Positions 9,711 through 19,596 of a stretch of 64,000 nucleotides of DNA are shown piece after piece. Numbering within the stretch: position 1 is the first letter of the stretch; each line of letters starts with the position of its first letter. This DNA is from Candidatus Nanohaloarchaea archaeon (lineage in GTDB: Archaea > Nanohalarchaeota > Nanosalinia > Nanosalinales > Nanosalinaceae), in NCBI GenBank assembly GCA_013343275.1, contig CP046106.1, forward strand, positions 832,001 to 896,000. Direction: 5' to 3'. A model generated the notes under the pieces. It had not been told where the DNA came from. It made no database searches and saw nothing but the letters and a program-made list of their open reading frames with translations. Both the position numbers and the translations under genes were made by a program.

Positions 9711-9851
9711 ATGGCTCTGACAGTGGAAGCAATAATGAATAACCTGATGGCCTATCCAGAGGTAGCAGCGGTAGGCTTTGTAGCAGGTTTCCTTGCAAGA
9801 TGGTACATGGGTAAAAGAAATAACGGCGGCGCTGGAGGCGGCTGGGGTTAA
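9711..9851 (+). CDS. 46-aa single-TM protein (not in ORF track)
   Basis: GAGGT SD; MALTVEAIMNNLMAYPEVAAVGFVAGFLARWYMGKRNNGGAGGGWG; stop 4 nt before the next ATG. Confidence 0.65.
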   Translation: MALTVEAIMNNLMAYPEVAAVGFVAGFLARWYMGKRNNGGAGGGWG

Positions 9852-9855
9852 CACC

Positions 9856-10116
9856 ATGAAACGAGATACTAAATTCCACGAGTTTGTATACGAGATAGAA
9901 AACATTCTAGATGAACTCCTGATTGCGTTCCTATCGTTTGGAGCCATAGTAGTGTCGGTATGGACTCTTCAGAGAACTCAGGGTCTTACCATGAGTTCTT
10001 TCGGCGATATTATACAGCCGTGGATCGTAATGCTAGGCCTTATGATCATCGGGAGAGAGCTATGGATGATGAACCGCAACCTTGAAGAGTACTTGAGAAG
10101 AGAAGAAGGTGAATGA
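9856..10116 (+). CDS. small 2-TM membrane protein
   Basis: MKRDTKFHEF start; two TMs; ATGA overlap with the next gene. Confidence 0.7.
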   Translation: MKRDTKFHEFVYEIENILDELLIAFLSFGAIVVSVWTLQRTQGLTMSSFGDIIQPWIVMLGLMIIGRELWMMNRNLEEYLRREEGE

Positions 10117-10685
10117 GCAAAGTGGCTACAGGATTCGCCGCTCTAATCACTACTCTTGAAGGAGTAGATTTCTTCACACTCCTACTTCCTTTCCTAGTAA
10201 CCTATGTAGTACTTCTGTTCGGAGTACGTCAGATAGGCCATCTGGAAGATTCAAATGTTCCTCCGGTGGTAGCACTGGCAGGAGCATTCTTCCTGGCCTT
10301 CTTCCTCGCCAACAATCCAGGTTATCAGTCATTCTTCACACAGTACTGGGCCCGGATAGCAATAGGAATGATGGGAGTACTAGGCCTAGGAGCAATCCTC
10401 GGCCTTGCAGGATGGGGCAATGTATTGAGCGATTCCAAGCCGCTGGGAATGCTTGTGCTGATAGCAGGCTTCGCAGTATTCGCAAGAACCGGCGGTTTAG
10501 AGGCTATTATCCCTCTACCAGATACTACGGTCCAGCAGATGGTAAACACTGTGCTTAGCTCTCCACTTATCTGGCTTGTCCCGCTCGGATTTGTGATGTA
10601 CTGGACCTCACCATCATCAGGAGACGATGATGACGGAAGTTCACTGGAGGATAAACTGGACTTCGTCCTAGGCAGCGGTGATTGA
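10113..10685 (+). CDS. polytopic membrane protein (LLPF TM motif)
   Basis: about 5 TMs; paralog of the next gene. Confidence 0.75.
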   Translation: MSKVATGFAALITTLEGVDFFTLLLPFLVTYVVLLFGVRQIGHLEDSNVPPVVALAGAFFLAFFLANNPGYQSFFTQYWARIAIGMMGVLGLGAILGLAGWGNVLSDSKPLGMLVLIAGFAVFARTGGLEAIIPLPDTTVQQMVNTVLSSPLIWLVPLGFVMYWTSPSSGDDDDGSSLEDKLDFVLGSGD

Positions 10686-10687
10686 TC

Positions 10688-11185
10688 ATGGGAGCAATTG
10701 AGCAGGTAATATTGACCATGGAAGAAATGGGCTTCAACGTATTCCTTCCATGGCTCCTAATATTCTCAGTCACATACGGCCTGCTTAACAAGTACGAACC
10801 TATCAGCGAAGAAACCCAGGTTAACGGCGTCATATCCCTGGCCTTCGCTTTCCTGTCCGTTATCGGTGTCACTAGTTTCGCCCCCGCAGGGATGTGGACA
10901 CATTTTGCCTCGGCTATAGCCTTCGGTATCTTCGGAATGCTTTCACTAATGATTCTTTTCGCAGTAGCAGGATATGATCTGGATGATATGGGAGAGGCCT
11001 GGTCGCTTCCATGGATATTTGCCGGAGTAATAGGAGTAGTTGCATTTGTGAGCGTGATAGTTGGATATGGAGGAGGAACTGCCCGTCTCATCGGCCAGGG
11101 CAACCTGTTTGATCAGGTAGTGATGCCTATACTCTCGCTGGTATTCGTGATAATAATAGTTCTGTTCACAACTCAAGACTTCTGA
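10688..11185 (+). CDS. polytopic membrane protein (FLPW TM motif)
   Basis: about 5 TMs; N-terminal half aligns with 10113..10685. Confidence 0.75.
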   Translation: MGAIEQVILTMEEMGFNVFLPWLLIFSVTYGLLNKYEPISEETQVNGVISLAFAFLSVIGVTSFAPAGMWTHFASAIAFGIFGMLSLMILFAVAGYDLDDMGEAWSLPWIFAGVIGVVAFVSVIVGYGGGTARLIGQGNLFDQVVMPILSLVFVIIIVLFTTQDF

Positions 11186-11246
11186 TAAGCTAAAGTGAGA
11201 ACAGTTAACTCGAGAAAAATTTAGATAGAAAAAATTTGTGTATAGC

Positions 11247-12173
11247 CTACCAGTCCTCGATATCCATGTCGTCCATTTCCTGCTGTGAGACGTTTGTATC
11301 TGTCTCTATTCCTTTCTCCTGCTTGATTTCTTGAACTAGACTGGTCAGATCCCTTACATTGTCAACTAGGGAAGGTAGTACCTGCTGGAAAGCCTTCTCC
11401 AAGCCTCCTATCCTTGATTCATAGGAGTCAATATGGTCCTCCATCTCGTCTACTTTCTGCACGAACTGCTGCTGATCTTCATCGTCGCGGACTTCGAGCT
11501 CTTCAACTCTGTCCTCAAGTTCGTCTACTTTATCGGCAAGAATATCTATCTCATCAAAGACATCGTCGAAACGCTGCTCAACCCTCTGGAAGTTCTCGGA
11601 TACAATAGTTTCAATAAGCTCTTCAACCTCAGGGTCAACCGTGCCCTGTGAAGGATTAGCCATTTGCTGGCCTCCTCCCTGCTGAGGCTGTTGAACCTGC
11701 TGATTTTGATTATTGTTATTCTGGTTCTGATTGAATCCCTGATTTTGTTGAAAGTCTTGCTGCTGTTGCTGTCCATTGTTCTGATTCATCTGTTGATCTC
11801 CCTCTGAGTTACCATCGAAACCTTCATCCATAGGACTCACTGCCTCCTCCCCGTTATTATCTTGGTATGGGGTCATGGGCTCAGGACCTCCTTGATTACC
11901 GTTATTGCCAGTAGCTGAGCTCTTCACTGCGCTGTTGATCGCTCTCTCAATTTCCGTCTGTGAAAACTGGCCCTGTAACTCTTCTTTAATTTCCTCCTCG
12001 GAGTAACCCTGGTTGAACATATCTTCAACACGCCGCTCAACACCGTTACCTCCGAAGGAAGAGCCTTGTTGATTATTGCTGGAGCCGCCAAAATCTCCGA
12101 ATCCGCCGCTGCCTGAGTTAGAATCTCCTTGATCGCCATCGTCCTTTAATCTATCAAACAACTTGAATTCCAT
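11247..12173 (-). CDS. coiled-coil protein with Q/N-rich linker
   Basis: heptad region ending RIGGLEKAFQQVLPSLVDNVRDL. Confidence 0.75.
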   Translation of the reverse strand: MEFKLFDRLKDDGDQGDSNSGSGGFGDFGGSSNNQQGSSFGGNGVERRVEDMFNQGYSEEEIKEELQGQFSQTEIERAINSAVKSSATGNNGNQGGPEPMTPYQDNNGEEAVSPMDEGFDGNSEGDQQMNQNNGQQQQQDFQQNQGFNQNQNNNNQNQQVQQPQQGGGQQMANPSQGTVDPEVEELIETIVSENFQRVEQRFDDVFDEIDILADKVDELEDRVEELEVRDDEDQQQFVQKVDEMEDHIDSYESRIGGLEKAFQQVLPSLVDNVRDLTSLVQEIKQEKGIETDTNVSQQEMDDMDIEDW

Positions 12174-12217
12174 ACGGCTCGCCTACAAGTATAATACGGT
12201 TTCTGGTTTATAAACAA

Positions 12218-12649
12218 TTAATCCTTTTGTCTAAGCTTTTTCTCGACTATCCGCTCTACCTCTTCCTTACTCAGACCTCCATTACTGTTATTCTCATCTA
12301 TCAGCTTCTTTACCTCTTTCTTAGTCATGAAAGAAGAGTTGATGGGGTTCATCAAGTCCATGTAGTTCTCGATCTCCTCTATCTCCTGAGAAGTAACAAA
12401 CTTCCTCTTCTCCCGGTTAATCTCCTTAATGTCAACCTCCAGATTCGCGATTCTATCTCTTATCTCGCTCATATCGTCATTAATATCCTGTATATCATCG
12501 CTGAGAGACTTAGTCTTCTTCAAGAGGCTGTCATCGAGAGTGTTGACTCTCGCATTGATGTTCCTTACCTTTTCCTCCAGATCCCGGATCCTCCGGTTGA
12601 AGTCGTTTACCCTATCTACTAACTGATTTACAAGGTCTTGCTGAGGCAT
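12218..12649 (-). CDS. coiled-coil protein, divergent from the pilus ATPase
   Basis: continuous heptads; 31-nt gap to the ATPase start. Confidence 0.75.
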   Translation of the reverse strand: MPQQDLVNQLVDRVNDFNRRIRDLEEKVRNINARVNTLDDSLLKKTKSLSDDIQDINDDMSEIRDRIANLEVDIKEINREKRKFVTSQEIEEIENYMDLMNPINSSFMTKKEVKKLIDENNSNGGLSKEEVERIVEKKLRQKD

Positions 12650-12680
12650 TCACTTTTATTTTAGAAACGCGCCAATAATA

Positions 12681-14942
12681 ATGCTGGGTATGAGTGTAAC
12701 AGATAAAGACGTTTTCGAGTACGACTACGATGAAGAATCAGGAACGGTAGAGGTAAACACTCTAGGATCAGTCTATGGGGCAAGCCTCGAGGACTACCCG
12801 CAGGTTATGTCTCGAGTCATAAATATCCTGCAGGAAGTTCCTGATGCATCATCCGTAGTTCTATCCGAATCAAGAGACTATGAATACGATGAACAGCAGG
12901 TACAGTACCTCAAAGAGATAGCACAGGTAATACAGGACCTATCATCACAGGGCTACCTGTCTCAGGATGTCAAAACAGATAAATGCGACAATATTTACAG
13001 TCAGCATCTTCCCGACGTTCAGGAAAGCGTCTTCGACAAGATGCGTAAAGATCCGATAGGTGCATATGTACAGCTCACCAGAAAAAAGCGCCACCTTAAC
13101 CAGGATAGAGAGAACGCATATCCTGAAGAACAGCGCTGTCTCAAATACTTTATACAGGATGTACTCAACCCTGTAATCGACAGGATCGAGGAATGCCAGT
13201 TAATCCAGCAGGCCCAGCAATACCTTACAGGCCACCACGTAGGAGACAGAGAGATATACAGGGAGTTCTTCCATCCACTGGTCAGGCCTAACTTCATGCT
13301 TACAAAGTACATGAGCCTTCCTCCTGAGAGAGGAGAGGAGGTAGACCGCTATGAGGTAAGAGACGGCATCGAAGTATCGATTTACAGGGTACCAGACCAG
13401 ACAAGGCCTGTATATCACGTTAACCCGCCGGAGTTCAATCTTTCTGAGCAGAAATACACTCTGCTTGACGCAGCAAGGAGATACATGGCTTCCCACCAGC
13501 CGGAGGAGGGAGAGTTTGCAAGGCCTGAAAGAATGAATGAAGTGTTTGAAAACATCGGTAAAGATATGCTCAGGGATATTTCCAACCAGATGGGTATGGA
13601 CCTCTCACTGGAGGAGATAGAAGAGCTCGGATCCATACTCAACAGATACACCTCAGGCCTCGGCGTACTCGAGCTGCTTCTCGCAGACCCAAAGATCCAG
13701 GACGTCTACATTAACTCTCCTATCGGCGATTCTCCGATGTACATCTCTCATCAGGACTACGAGGAGTGCGAAACCAATCTCATTCCGACGAAGGACGAGG
13801 CTGAGTCGTGGGCCACCCGCTTCAGGATCCGTTCAGGAAGACCTCTTGACGAGGCAAACCCGGTACTGGATACAGAGGCCGAGGTTCCTGGAGGCCGGGC
13901 TCGTGTAGCTGTTATACAGGAAAATCTCTCACCGGAAGGCCTGGCGTTCGCATTCCGTAGACACCGTTCACAGGCCTGGACTCTCCCACTTTTCGTTGAC
14001 AACAACATGATAAACTCGCTGGGAGCGGCCCTGATATCCTTCCTTGTCGATGGTAATCGTTCAGTTCTATTTGCAGGCACCCGTGGTGCAGGTAAATCCT
14101 CCCTGCTAGGAGCCTCTATGCTTGAAATTATGAAAAGCCACAGGATAGTAACGGTAGAGGACACGCTTGAGTTGCCGATTCCGCAGATGAAGGACTTAGG
14201 GTACAATGTGGAGCGTATGAAATCCAGATCTGCGATTACTCAGGTCGAGAACGAAATGGCAGCTGATGAGGCCATCCGTACATCGCTCAGGCTTGGTGAC
14301 TCCGCTCTAGTTGTAGGAGAGGTTCGTTCCGACGAGGCAAAGGCCCTGTATGAGGCTATGCGTGTCGGAGCTGTTGCTAACTTCGTTGGAGGTACTATCC
14401 ACGGTGAGAGCGCTTACTCTGTTTTCGACCGTGTTGTAAACGATCTTGGTGTCCCTCGAACGTCTTTCAAGGCTACAGATATTATTGTCAGCGTGAATAA
14501 GATCCGTAGTCCTGATGGTATGGAGACTTACCGCCGTGTAACTGGTATTACGGAGGTTAGGAAGGACTGGCAGGATGATCCTCGGGAGGAGAATGCTTTC
14601 GTTGACCTTATGCGTTACGACAGCAATAAGGATGAGCTTGTGCCTACAGATGAGCTTATGAACGGCGAATCCCTTATCCTGAACCGTATTGCAGAGAACA
14701 TCAAGGAATGGAAGAACGACTGGGAGGCCGTCTGGGATAATATCAAGCTCAGGCAGAAGATAAAGGAGAGGCTGATCGAGGCCGATAAAGAGTCCGATAA
14801 AGATCTTCTCGAGGCCGATTTCGTGGTCAAGGCCAATCAGAGATACCATATTCTGTCGCAGAGAGTGAGGGAGGAGTACGGTTCTCTGGATAACGACAGG
14901 ATCTACGCAAGATGGAATGAATGGCTGGAACAGCAGGTGTAA
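12681..14942 (+). CDS. type II/IV secretion (CpaF/TadA/FlaI-like) ATPase
   Basis: Walker A GTRGAGKS, Asp box VTVEDTLEL, Walker B VVGEVR, GTIHG. Confidence 0.93.
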   Translation: MLGMSVTDKDVFEYDYDEESGTVEVNTLGSVYGASLEDYPQVMSRVINILQEVPDASSVVLSESRDYEYDEQQVQYLKEIAQVIQDLSSQGYLSQDVKTDKCDNIYSQHLPDVQESVFDKMRKDPIGAYVQLTRKKRHLNQDRENAYPEEQRCLKYFIQDVLNPVIDRIEECQLIQQAQQYLTGHHVGDREIYREFFHPLVRPNFMLTKYMSLPPERGEEVDRYEVRDGIEVSIYRVPDQTRPVYHVNPPEFNLSEQKYTLLDAARRYMASHQPEEGEFARPERMNEVFENIGKDMLRDISNQMGMDLSLEEIEELGSILNRYTSGLGVLELLLADPKIQDVYINSPIGDSPMYISHQDYEECETNLIPTKDEAESWATRFRIRSGRPLDEANPVLDTEAEVPGGRARVAVIQENLSPEGLAFAFRRHRSQAWTLPLFVDNNMINSLGAALISFLVDGNRSVLFAGTRGAGKSSLLGASMLEIMKSHRIVTVEDTLELPIPQMKDLGYNVERMKSRSAITQVENEMAADEAIRTSLRLGDSALVVGEVRSDEAKALYEAMRVGAVANFVGGTIHGESAYSVFDRVVNDLGVPRTSFKATDIIVSVNKIRSPDGMETYRRVTGITEVRKDWQDDPREENAFVDLMRYDSNKDELVPTDELMNGESLILNRIAENIKEWKNDWEAVWDNIKLRQKIKERLIEADKESDKDLLEADFVVKANQRYHILSQRVREEYGSLDNDRIYARWNEWLEQQV

Positions 14943-14945
14943 AGA

Positions 14946-17120
14946 TTGGATAAACAGGAGAAACAGGACAAGATAAACGATATACTGGAAGACCTGGACA
15001 GAGATGTCAGTATGCCTCCCTACGATAACCAGGATGGAGGCCAGGGTTACTCCCGTTCCTACAAGGAGTACAAGGAGGAAGAGGAGAGCTCAAGGGAGCG
15101 CAACAGCTACGAGAAGCTCTGCTACGAGATGGCCAACGTCTTCAATATGAAGGCTGGGGAGAAGACTCATGAGAAGCTTACACCTCCGATCAATCTTCTT
15201 GGATGGGATATAACTCCCGGAATGGTTATGTCGGCCACTGTCGGCGTCTTTGTTCTCTCATTTATGTCCTGGATGAGCCTGTTCCTGGTGAATACACTGC
15301 TCCTCGGCAATCTTATTCCTGTCTCGATCATGATGATAATTCTCTCAGCGCCGATAATGGCCTCGGTATACACCTACTACAAGCCGAAATATGCTGCGCA
15401 GTCAAAATTAATCGAGAGCAGCGGAGAAATGATACTGGCCATACTCTACATGGTAGTATACATGAGAAGCTCTCCAAACCTGGAGGGAGCAGTCAGGTTC
15501 GCAGCTCTCAACCTAGAAGGCCCTATTTCCGACGACCTGAAAGGAGTACTCTGGGACCTGGAGATCGGAAAGTACAACAAGATAGATGAGGCCCTCGAAA
15601 ACTATACTCGCAGATGGAAGGATTACAATGATGACTTCCTGGAGTCGCTGAATCTTCTTCGTTCTGCTATGAATCAGCCGGATCCTGATCGGCGGGAGTC
15701 TATGCTTCAGGACTCAATCGACAATATCCTGGATGGAACACAGGAGAAGATGAAACACTATGCACAGAATCTGGAGACTCCTGTCATGATCCTGAACGCA
15801 ATGGGCGCTATGCTACCGGTGCTCGGCATGATAATGCTCCCGCTTATCTCTGTATTCATGGGAGATGCCATCACACCTATGCACCTTTTCCTACTGTTCA
15901 ATGTTTTACTACCTACGTTTCTCTACTGGTTCATGAAAAGAGTGCTCAGCTCCAGACCGCCAACAGTCGCTACAAATCCTGTAGACGACTCTATACTCCC
16001 TGACAGAGGCAAATATACGTTAAATCTTCTGGGTAGAGACTTCAGAATACCTGTCTGGCCTGTAGGAGTAATACTTTTCTTCTTTTTCGGCCTATACGGC
16101 ATAGTCGGATACCTTTCCACAGCAAGCGCTGGCCAGGGCTTCTTCCTGCTCTACCCTGCCGCTACCAATATAGATCCTTCACTAGTGCCTTCTATATATC
16201 TACAACCTGATGGCTCTCTTGCACCTCTACCAATGCTTATGAGAAGCGTGTCGATAGTGTTCGGCCTTGGAGTAGGTATAGGCTCTGTAAAAGTACTTGG
16301 CAATATCGAACGGAAAAAAGCAGAGGAGAGACTATCAAAAATAGAGGAACAGTTCCCTAACGCACTCTTCGAACTAGGAAACAAGATATCAGGAGGAACG
16401 CCTGTAGAGATCGCACTGGAAGACGCCGCAGAAGCAACATCTGAACTCGAAATATCCAATCTATTCGGAAAGGCCTCGGAAAACGTCAAAGACATGGGAA
16501 TGACATTCGAACAGGCCGTAATGGATGATCAGTATGGCGCGCTGAGGCAGTTCCCTAGCCAGATGATCAGAACAGTAATGCAGGCCATCATACAGTCCTC
16601 AAAGAAAGGGACCAATATGGCCTCTACAGCAATGCTTACAATATCAAAATACCTTAAGAACATACACAAGACACAGGAGCAACTTAACGATCTGATGGAG
16701 GATACTACAACAACTATTCAGATGCTGGCCTACCTGCTCGCGCCGGTAGTATCGGGAGTGGCGGTGGGAATGTCACAGACCATCATAACGGCCATGTCCA
16801 CTCTTTCAAAATCGGTGAAACAGTCGCAGGTTGGCAATCAGCCAGGAACAGCTTCGGGCCTTGGAGGAGTTATATCCGGTTTTGAATCTGCGATACCGCC
16901 AGAACTTCTTCAGTTCGTGGTAGGACTCTACCTGATTCAGTTGCTTTTCATACTGGGAAGCTTCTTCACCAAGATCAAGAAGGGAGAGGACCCGACCTAC
17001 AAGAACCTGTTTATAGGCAAAATAATGATCTCAGGCATGTTCTTCTACGCCATGACCTTGATAATAGTAGGAATGCTATTCGGAGGCATGGTAGGATCAG
17101 TAACACAGGTGGCAGCATAG
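14946..17120 (+). CDS. type IV pilus membrane platform protein (two GspF/TadB-C-like domains)
   Basis: multiple TMs; EEQFPNALFELGNKISGGTPVE; directly follows the ATPase. Confidence 0.85.
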   Translation: MDKQEKQDKINDILEDLDRDVSMPPYDNQDGGQGYSRSYKEYKEEEESSRERNSYEKLCYEMANVFNMKAGEKTHEKLTPPINLLGWDITPGMVMSATVGVFVLSFMSWMSLFLVNTLLLGNLIPVSIMMIILSAPIMASVYTYYKPKYAAQSKLIESSGEMILAILYMVVYMRSSPNLEGAVRFAALNLEGPISDDLKGVLWDLEIGKYNKIDEALENYTRRWKDYNDDFLESLNLLRSAMNQPDPDRRESMLQDSIDNILDGTQEKMKHYAQNLETPVMILNAMGAMLPVLGMIMLPLISVFMGDAITPMHLFLLFNVLLPTFLYWFMKRVLSSRPPTVATNPVDDSILPDRGKYTLNLLGRDFRIPVWPVGVILFFFFGLYGIVGYLSTASAGQGFFLLYPAATNIDPSLVPSIYLQPDGSLAPLPMLMRSVSIVFGLGVGIGSVKVLGNIERKKAEERLSKIEEQFPNALFELGNKISGGTPVEIALEDAAEATSELEISNLFGKASENVKDMGMTFEQAVMDDQYGALRQFPSQMIRTVMQAIIQSSKKGTNMASTAMLTISKYLKNIHKTQEQLNDLMEDTTTTIQMLAYLLAPVVSGVAVGMSQTIITAMSTLSKSVKQSQVGNQPGTASGLGGVISGFESAIPPELLQFVVGLYLIQLLFILGSFFTKIKKGEDPTYKNLFIGKIMISGMFFYAMTLIIVGMLFGGMVGSVTQVAA

Positions 17121-17122
17121 AG

Positions 17123-17260
17123 ATGAAGAGGAAAGGGAATATGCCAACCAAAGAAATAGCGCTCCTAGGCCTTACAGTTATTGCAGCGGCGGCAATAATT
17201 GCGGTACTGCAGCAGGGTACAGATCACATCGTCTCATCGATAGTCGAAAAATTACTATAA
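17123..17260 (+). CDS. 45-aa pilin-like protein (not in ORF track)
   Basis: MKRKG|NMPTKEIALLGLTVIAAAAIIAVL class III signal. Confidence 0.7.
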   Translation: MKRKGNMPTKEIALLGLTVIAAAAIIAVLQQGTDHIVSSIVEKLL

Positions 17261-17283
17261 ACAAGCGTAACCCACAGTAAACC

Positions 17284-17502
17284 ATGAAGCTAACATCCAA
17301 AATCCTCACAAACAGAAAAGCAATGGGCTGGAGCATGAGAGTAATAATGGCTCTATTCCTGGCAATAGCATTTGGAGCACTGATAATGCCATACCTTCTA
17401 CCGGCAATATTCGGCGCAGAATCAACAACCAGCTGTCAGGCGCCATACATGCAGGCGATAGCCAGCGTAGTCTCCGACGCAACAGGTAGCTCGCCATGCT
17501 GA
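17284..17502 (+). CDS. pilin-like protein
   Basis: RKA|MGWSMRVIMALFLAI class III signal. Confidence 0.7.
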   Translation: MKLTSKILTNRKAMGWSMRVIMALFLAIAFGALIMPYLLPAIFGAESTTSCQAPYMQAIASVVSDATGSSPC

Positions 17503-18995
17503 GAAAAGGAGCACTGGAATCAGGTCTGGGAGAAATACTTCTAACAGTACTCGTAGCAGCAGTAATATCCGGAGCAATGTTCGGCCCACTAGGAGCAAAG
17601 GTGGGTCAAGGATTCAAAGAAGCAGAGAAATTCACCGATGTCACAACAACAGTAACTGTAGATGATAAGGAAACACTTGGAGATCTCTCACAGTACGTCT
17701 TCTGGAGGGCCTGGGGATGTGAACATGTAAACTCTGAGACATTTTCAGGCCTTTCTGAAACGCCTTTGGGAGCCAATCCTCCCTGTGCTGGTGCAGGAGG
17801 AACTCTGGCTTCTGATGTTAACAATCTTTACGCTAATACGGGGAATGATATGGAAGGCAAGTTCAGCAGAGTTAACTTTGTAATAAATGATACTATCTAT
17901 CTGAAGACTGGCCTAGGTTTTGGACCGGATGGTAAATCAGCTACACTTCTTGGGGTTTCTACAGGGGATAGATTTGGAAAATCAGGTTACTCTGACTGGA
18001 TATGGTCGGGCTGCGCCAAATATCAACCTGGAGTAAATGATGACTGGGGAAACAGTTGGGAGTCAAAGGGCCCTCCTTATAGCTTCTACACCCTTTTCTT
18101 CAAGAATGGAGGAGGATCTGAGAGAATACAGAAGATAGGTTCGGGTAAGACAATAGAAGATCGCTATGATGACAATGGAAATAATGACCCTATTTACTGT
18201 GATGAATGGAATGACGGGCCATGGCTAACAAAGCCTTCCAGTAATACAGGTAATCCTAAAGATCATGAAGATACCGGAGGTAACTACGTCAAGGTAAAGC
18301 TCTGTCCGGGAGATAAAGGTTATATTGAGACCCGGAAGGGTTATCCTAACATAGCTGGGGAATATGGTCATAGAACCGCCACTGTAAACAACGGCAATCT
18401 CTATGGGATGATACAGATTACAAGTATGAACAGCAGTTGTGCTATGACTTCAGAGGACGTCGAGGAGGCCACTACTCCTCTTAATCCTATGCCTGATCAA
18501 TGGCCTGCCGAATCTGCCTATACACAGAATCCTGCCAATGTGGACTACCATCCGGAAGGCAGTTACCAGCCTATAATTTGGAATTTCGGCGAAGGAGCGA
18601 AGAGTGTAAACATCTCTATGACGTTTGATGAACTGGCAAGGACAAGAATACAGATTACAGGCAATAAATATATAGAGTTCAGTCCGGATGGAGACGGAAA
18701 GCTAGGGCTAAGTTGTTTCCCACACTGTAATAACTTTGCAGATGATATCTGGGTTGATACAGGAGAGTCAGAAATGGATGACTACGGCTTTACAGGCGTC
18801 ACTGTAGAAGAAAACAAACAATACAGCGTTGTGTTGACCGAAAGTGATCTCGGGGATACAATATGGGAAGTTTATGAGGAAGGAGAAAAAGTGTACGAAT
18901 TAAGCGGATATAATAACTGGGGATATGAGGAGATACGCTTGATGAACTACGAAAGCAGCCCTGAAATGACTTTTGATGTAAACAAGGAGGACTAG
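17496..18995 (+). CDS. large Cys-rich pilin-like/adhesin protein
   Basis: MLRKG|ALESGLGEILLTVLV, many Cys, beta-rich C-terminus. Confidence 0.75.
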   Translation: MLRKGALESGLGEILLTVLVAAVISGAMFGPLGAKVGQGFKEAEKFTDVTTTVTVDDKETLGDLSQYVFWRAWGCEHVNSETFSGLSETPLGANPPCAGAGGTLASDVNNLYANTGNDMEGKFSRVNFVINDTIYLKTGLGFGPDGKSATLLGVSTGDRFGKSGYSDWIWSGCAKYQPGVNDDWGNSWESKGPPYSFYTLFFKNGGGSERIQKIGSGKTIEDRYDDNGNNDPIYCDEWNDGPWLTKPSSNTGNPKDHEDTGGNYVKVKLCPGDKGYIETRKGYPNIAGEYGHRTATVNNGNLYGMIQITSMNSSCAMTSEDVEEATTPLNPMPDQWPAESAYTQNPANVDYHPEGSYQPIIWNFGEGAKSVNISMTFDELARTRIQITGNKYIEFSPDGDGKLGLSCFPHCNNFADDIWVDTGESEMDDYGFTGVTVEENKQYSVVLTESDLGDTIWEVYEEGEKVYELSGYNNWGYEEIRLMNYESSPEMTFDVNKED

Positions 18996-18998
18996 AAA

Positions 18999-19139
18999 AT
19001 GGAAGTATCTATCAAAACCGTGGCCATGCTTGTACTGGCTATAATGATTGTTTCGCTGATATTCATGGGTTTCTCAGGGTGGTTCAATAATATGGCAGGT
19101 AACTTCGCTGGAAACGTAACTTACCCGACCACTCCTTAG
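18999..19139 (+). CDS. 46-aa pilin-like protein without basic leader (not in ORF track)
   Basis: MEVSIKTVAMLVLAIMIVSLIF; AGGAGG upstream. Confidence 0.6.
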   Translation: MEVSIKTVAMLVLAIMIVSLIFMGFSGWFNNMAGNFAGNVTYPTTP

Positions 19140-19172
19140 CTTATTTTAACAGGGCCTGCAAAATACTCTACT

Positions 19173-19373
19173 GTGAACTCTCGGAAAGGTTTCGATATAT
19201 CGCTGACCATTATCATTGCTTTCCTGATAGTAATAGTTCTAGTCGCTACTCTGGGAGCTATCACAAACAGTTACACGGGTAAATTTCTGAATTTCGGTAA
19301 TAATGCTACTAATACCTCCCTGGTTAAATCTGTAGGACTTATAGGGGGTGCCCTGCTTGAACGTAGCAACTAA
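19173..19373 (+). CDS. pilin-like protein
   Basis: RKG|FDISLTIIIAFLIV. Confidence 0.7.
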   Translation: MNSRKGFDISLTIIIAFLIVIVLVATLGAITNSYTGKFLNFGNNATNTSLVKSVGLIGGALLERSN

Positions 19374-19596
19374 AGTAGTAGGAGCTTTAGTTCTTGTTGT
19401 AATACTTATTTCTGCTCTCTTTGGCATAGCTAATCACATAATAAAGGATAGCGGGCAGAAAGGAGTTGAAGCGGGGAACAAAAAGACGGGGCTTTTAGGC
19501 TGTGTTTCTAGGAATGCGCATAGGGAGAACCCTCGCCAGTGGTGTAAACAGAATACGAATTTCGCAGGGCAAGGTGATGAAACTGTCTCGGCGTAG
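19357..19596 (+). CDS. pilin-like protein without basic leader
   Basis: N-terminal hydrophobic helix, Cys pair; start uncertain (GTG 19348/TTG 19357). Confidence 0.55.
   Translation: MNVATKVVGALVLVVILISALFGIANHIIKDSGQKGVEAGNKKTGLLGCVSRNAHRENPRQWCKQNTNFAGQGDETVSA

Noticed and set aside
12681-17120. Archaellum (flaI/flaJ) assignment
   Set aside because: No FlaH/F/G or archaellin-type N-termini in the locus
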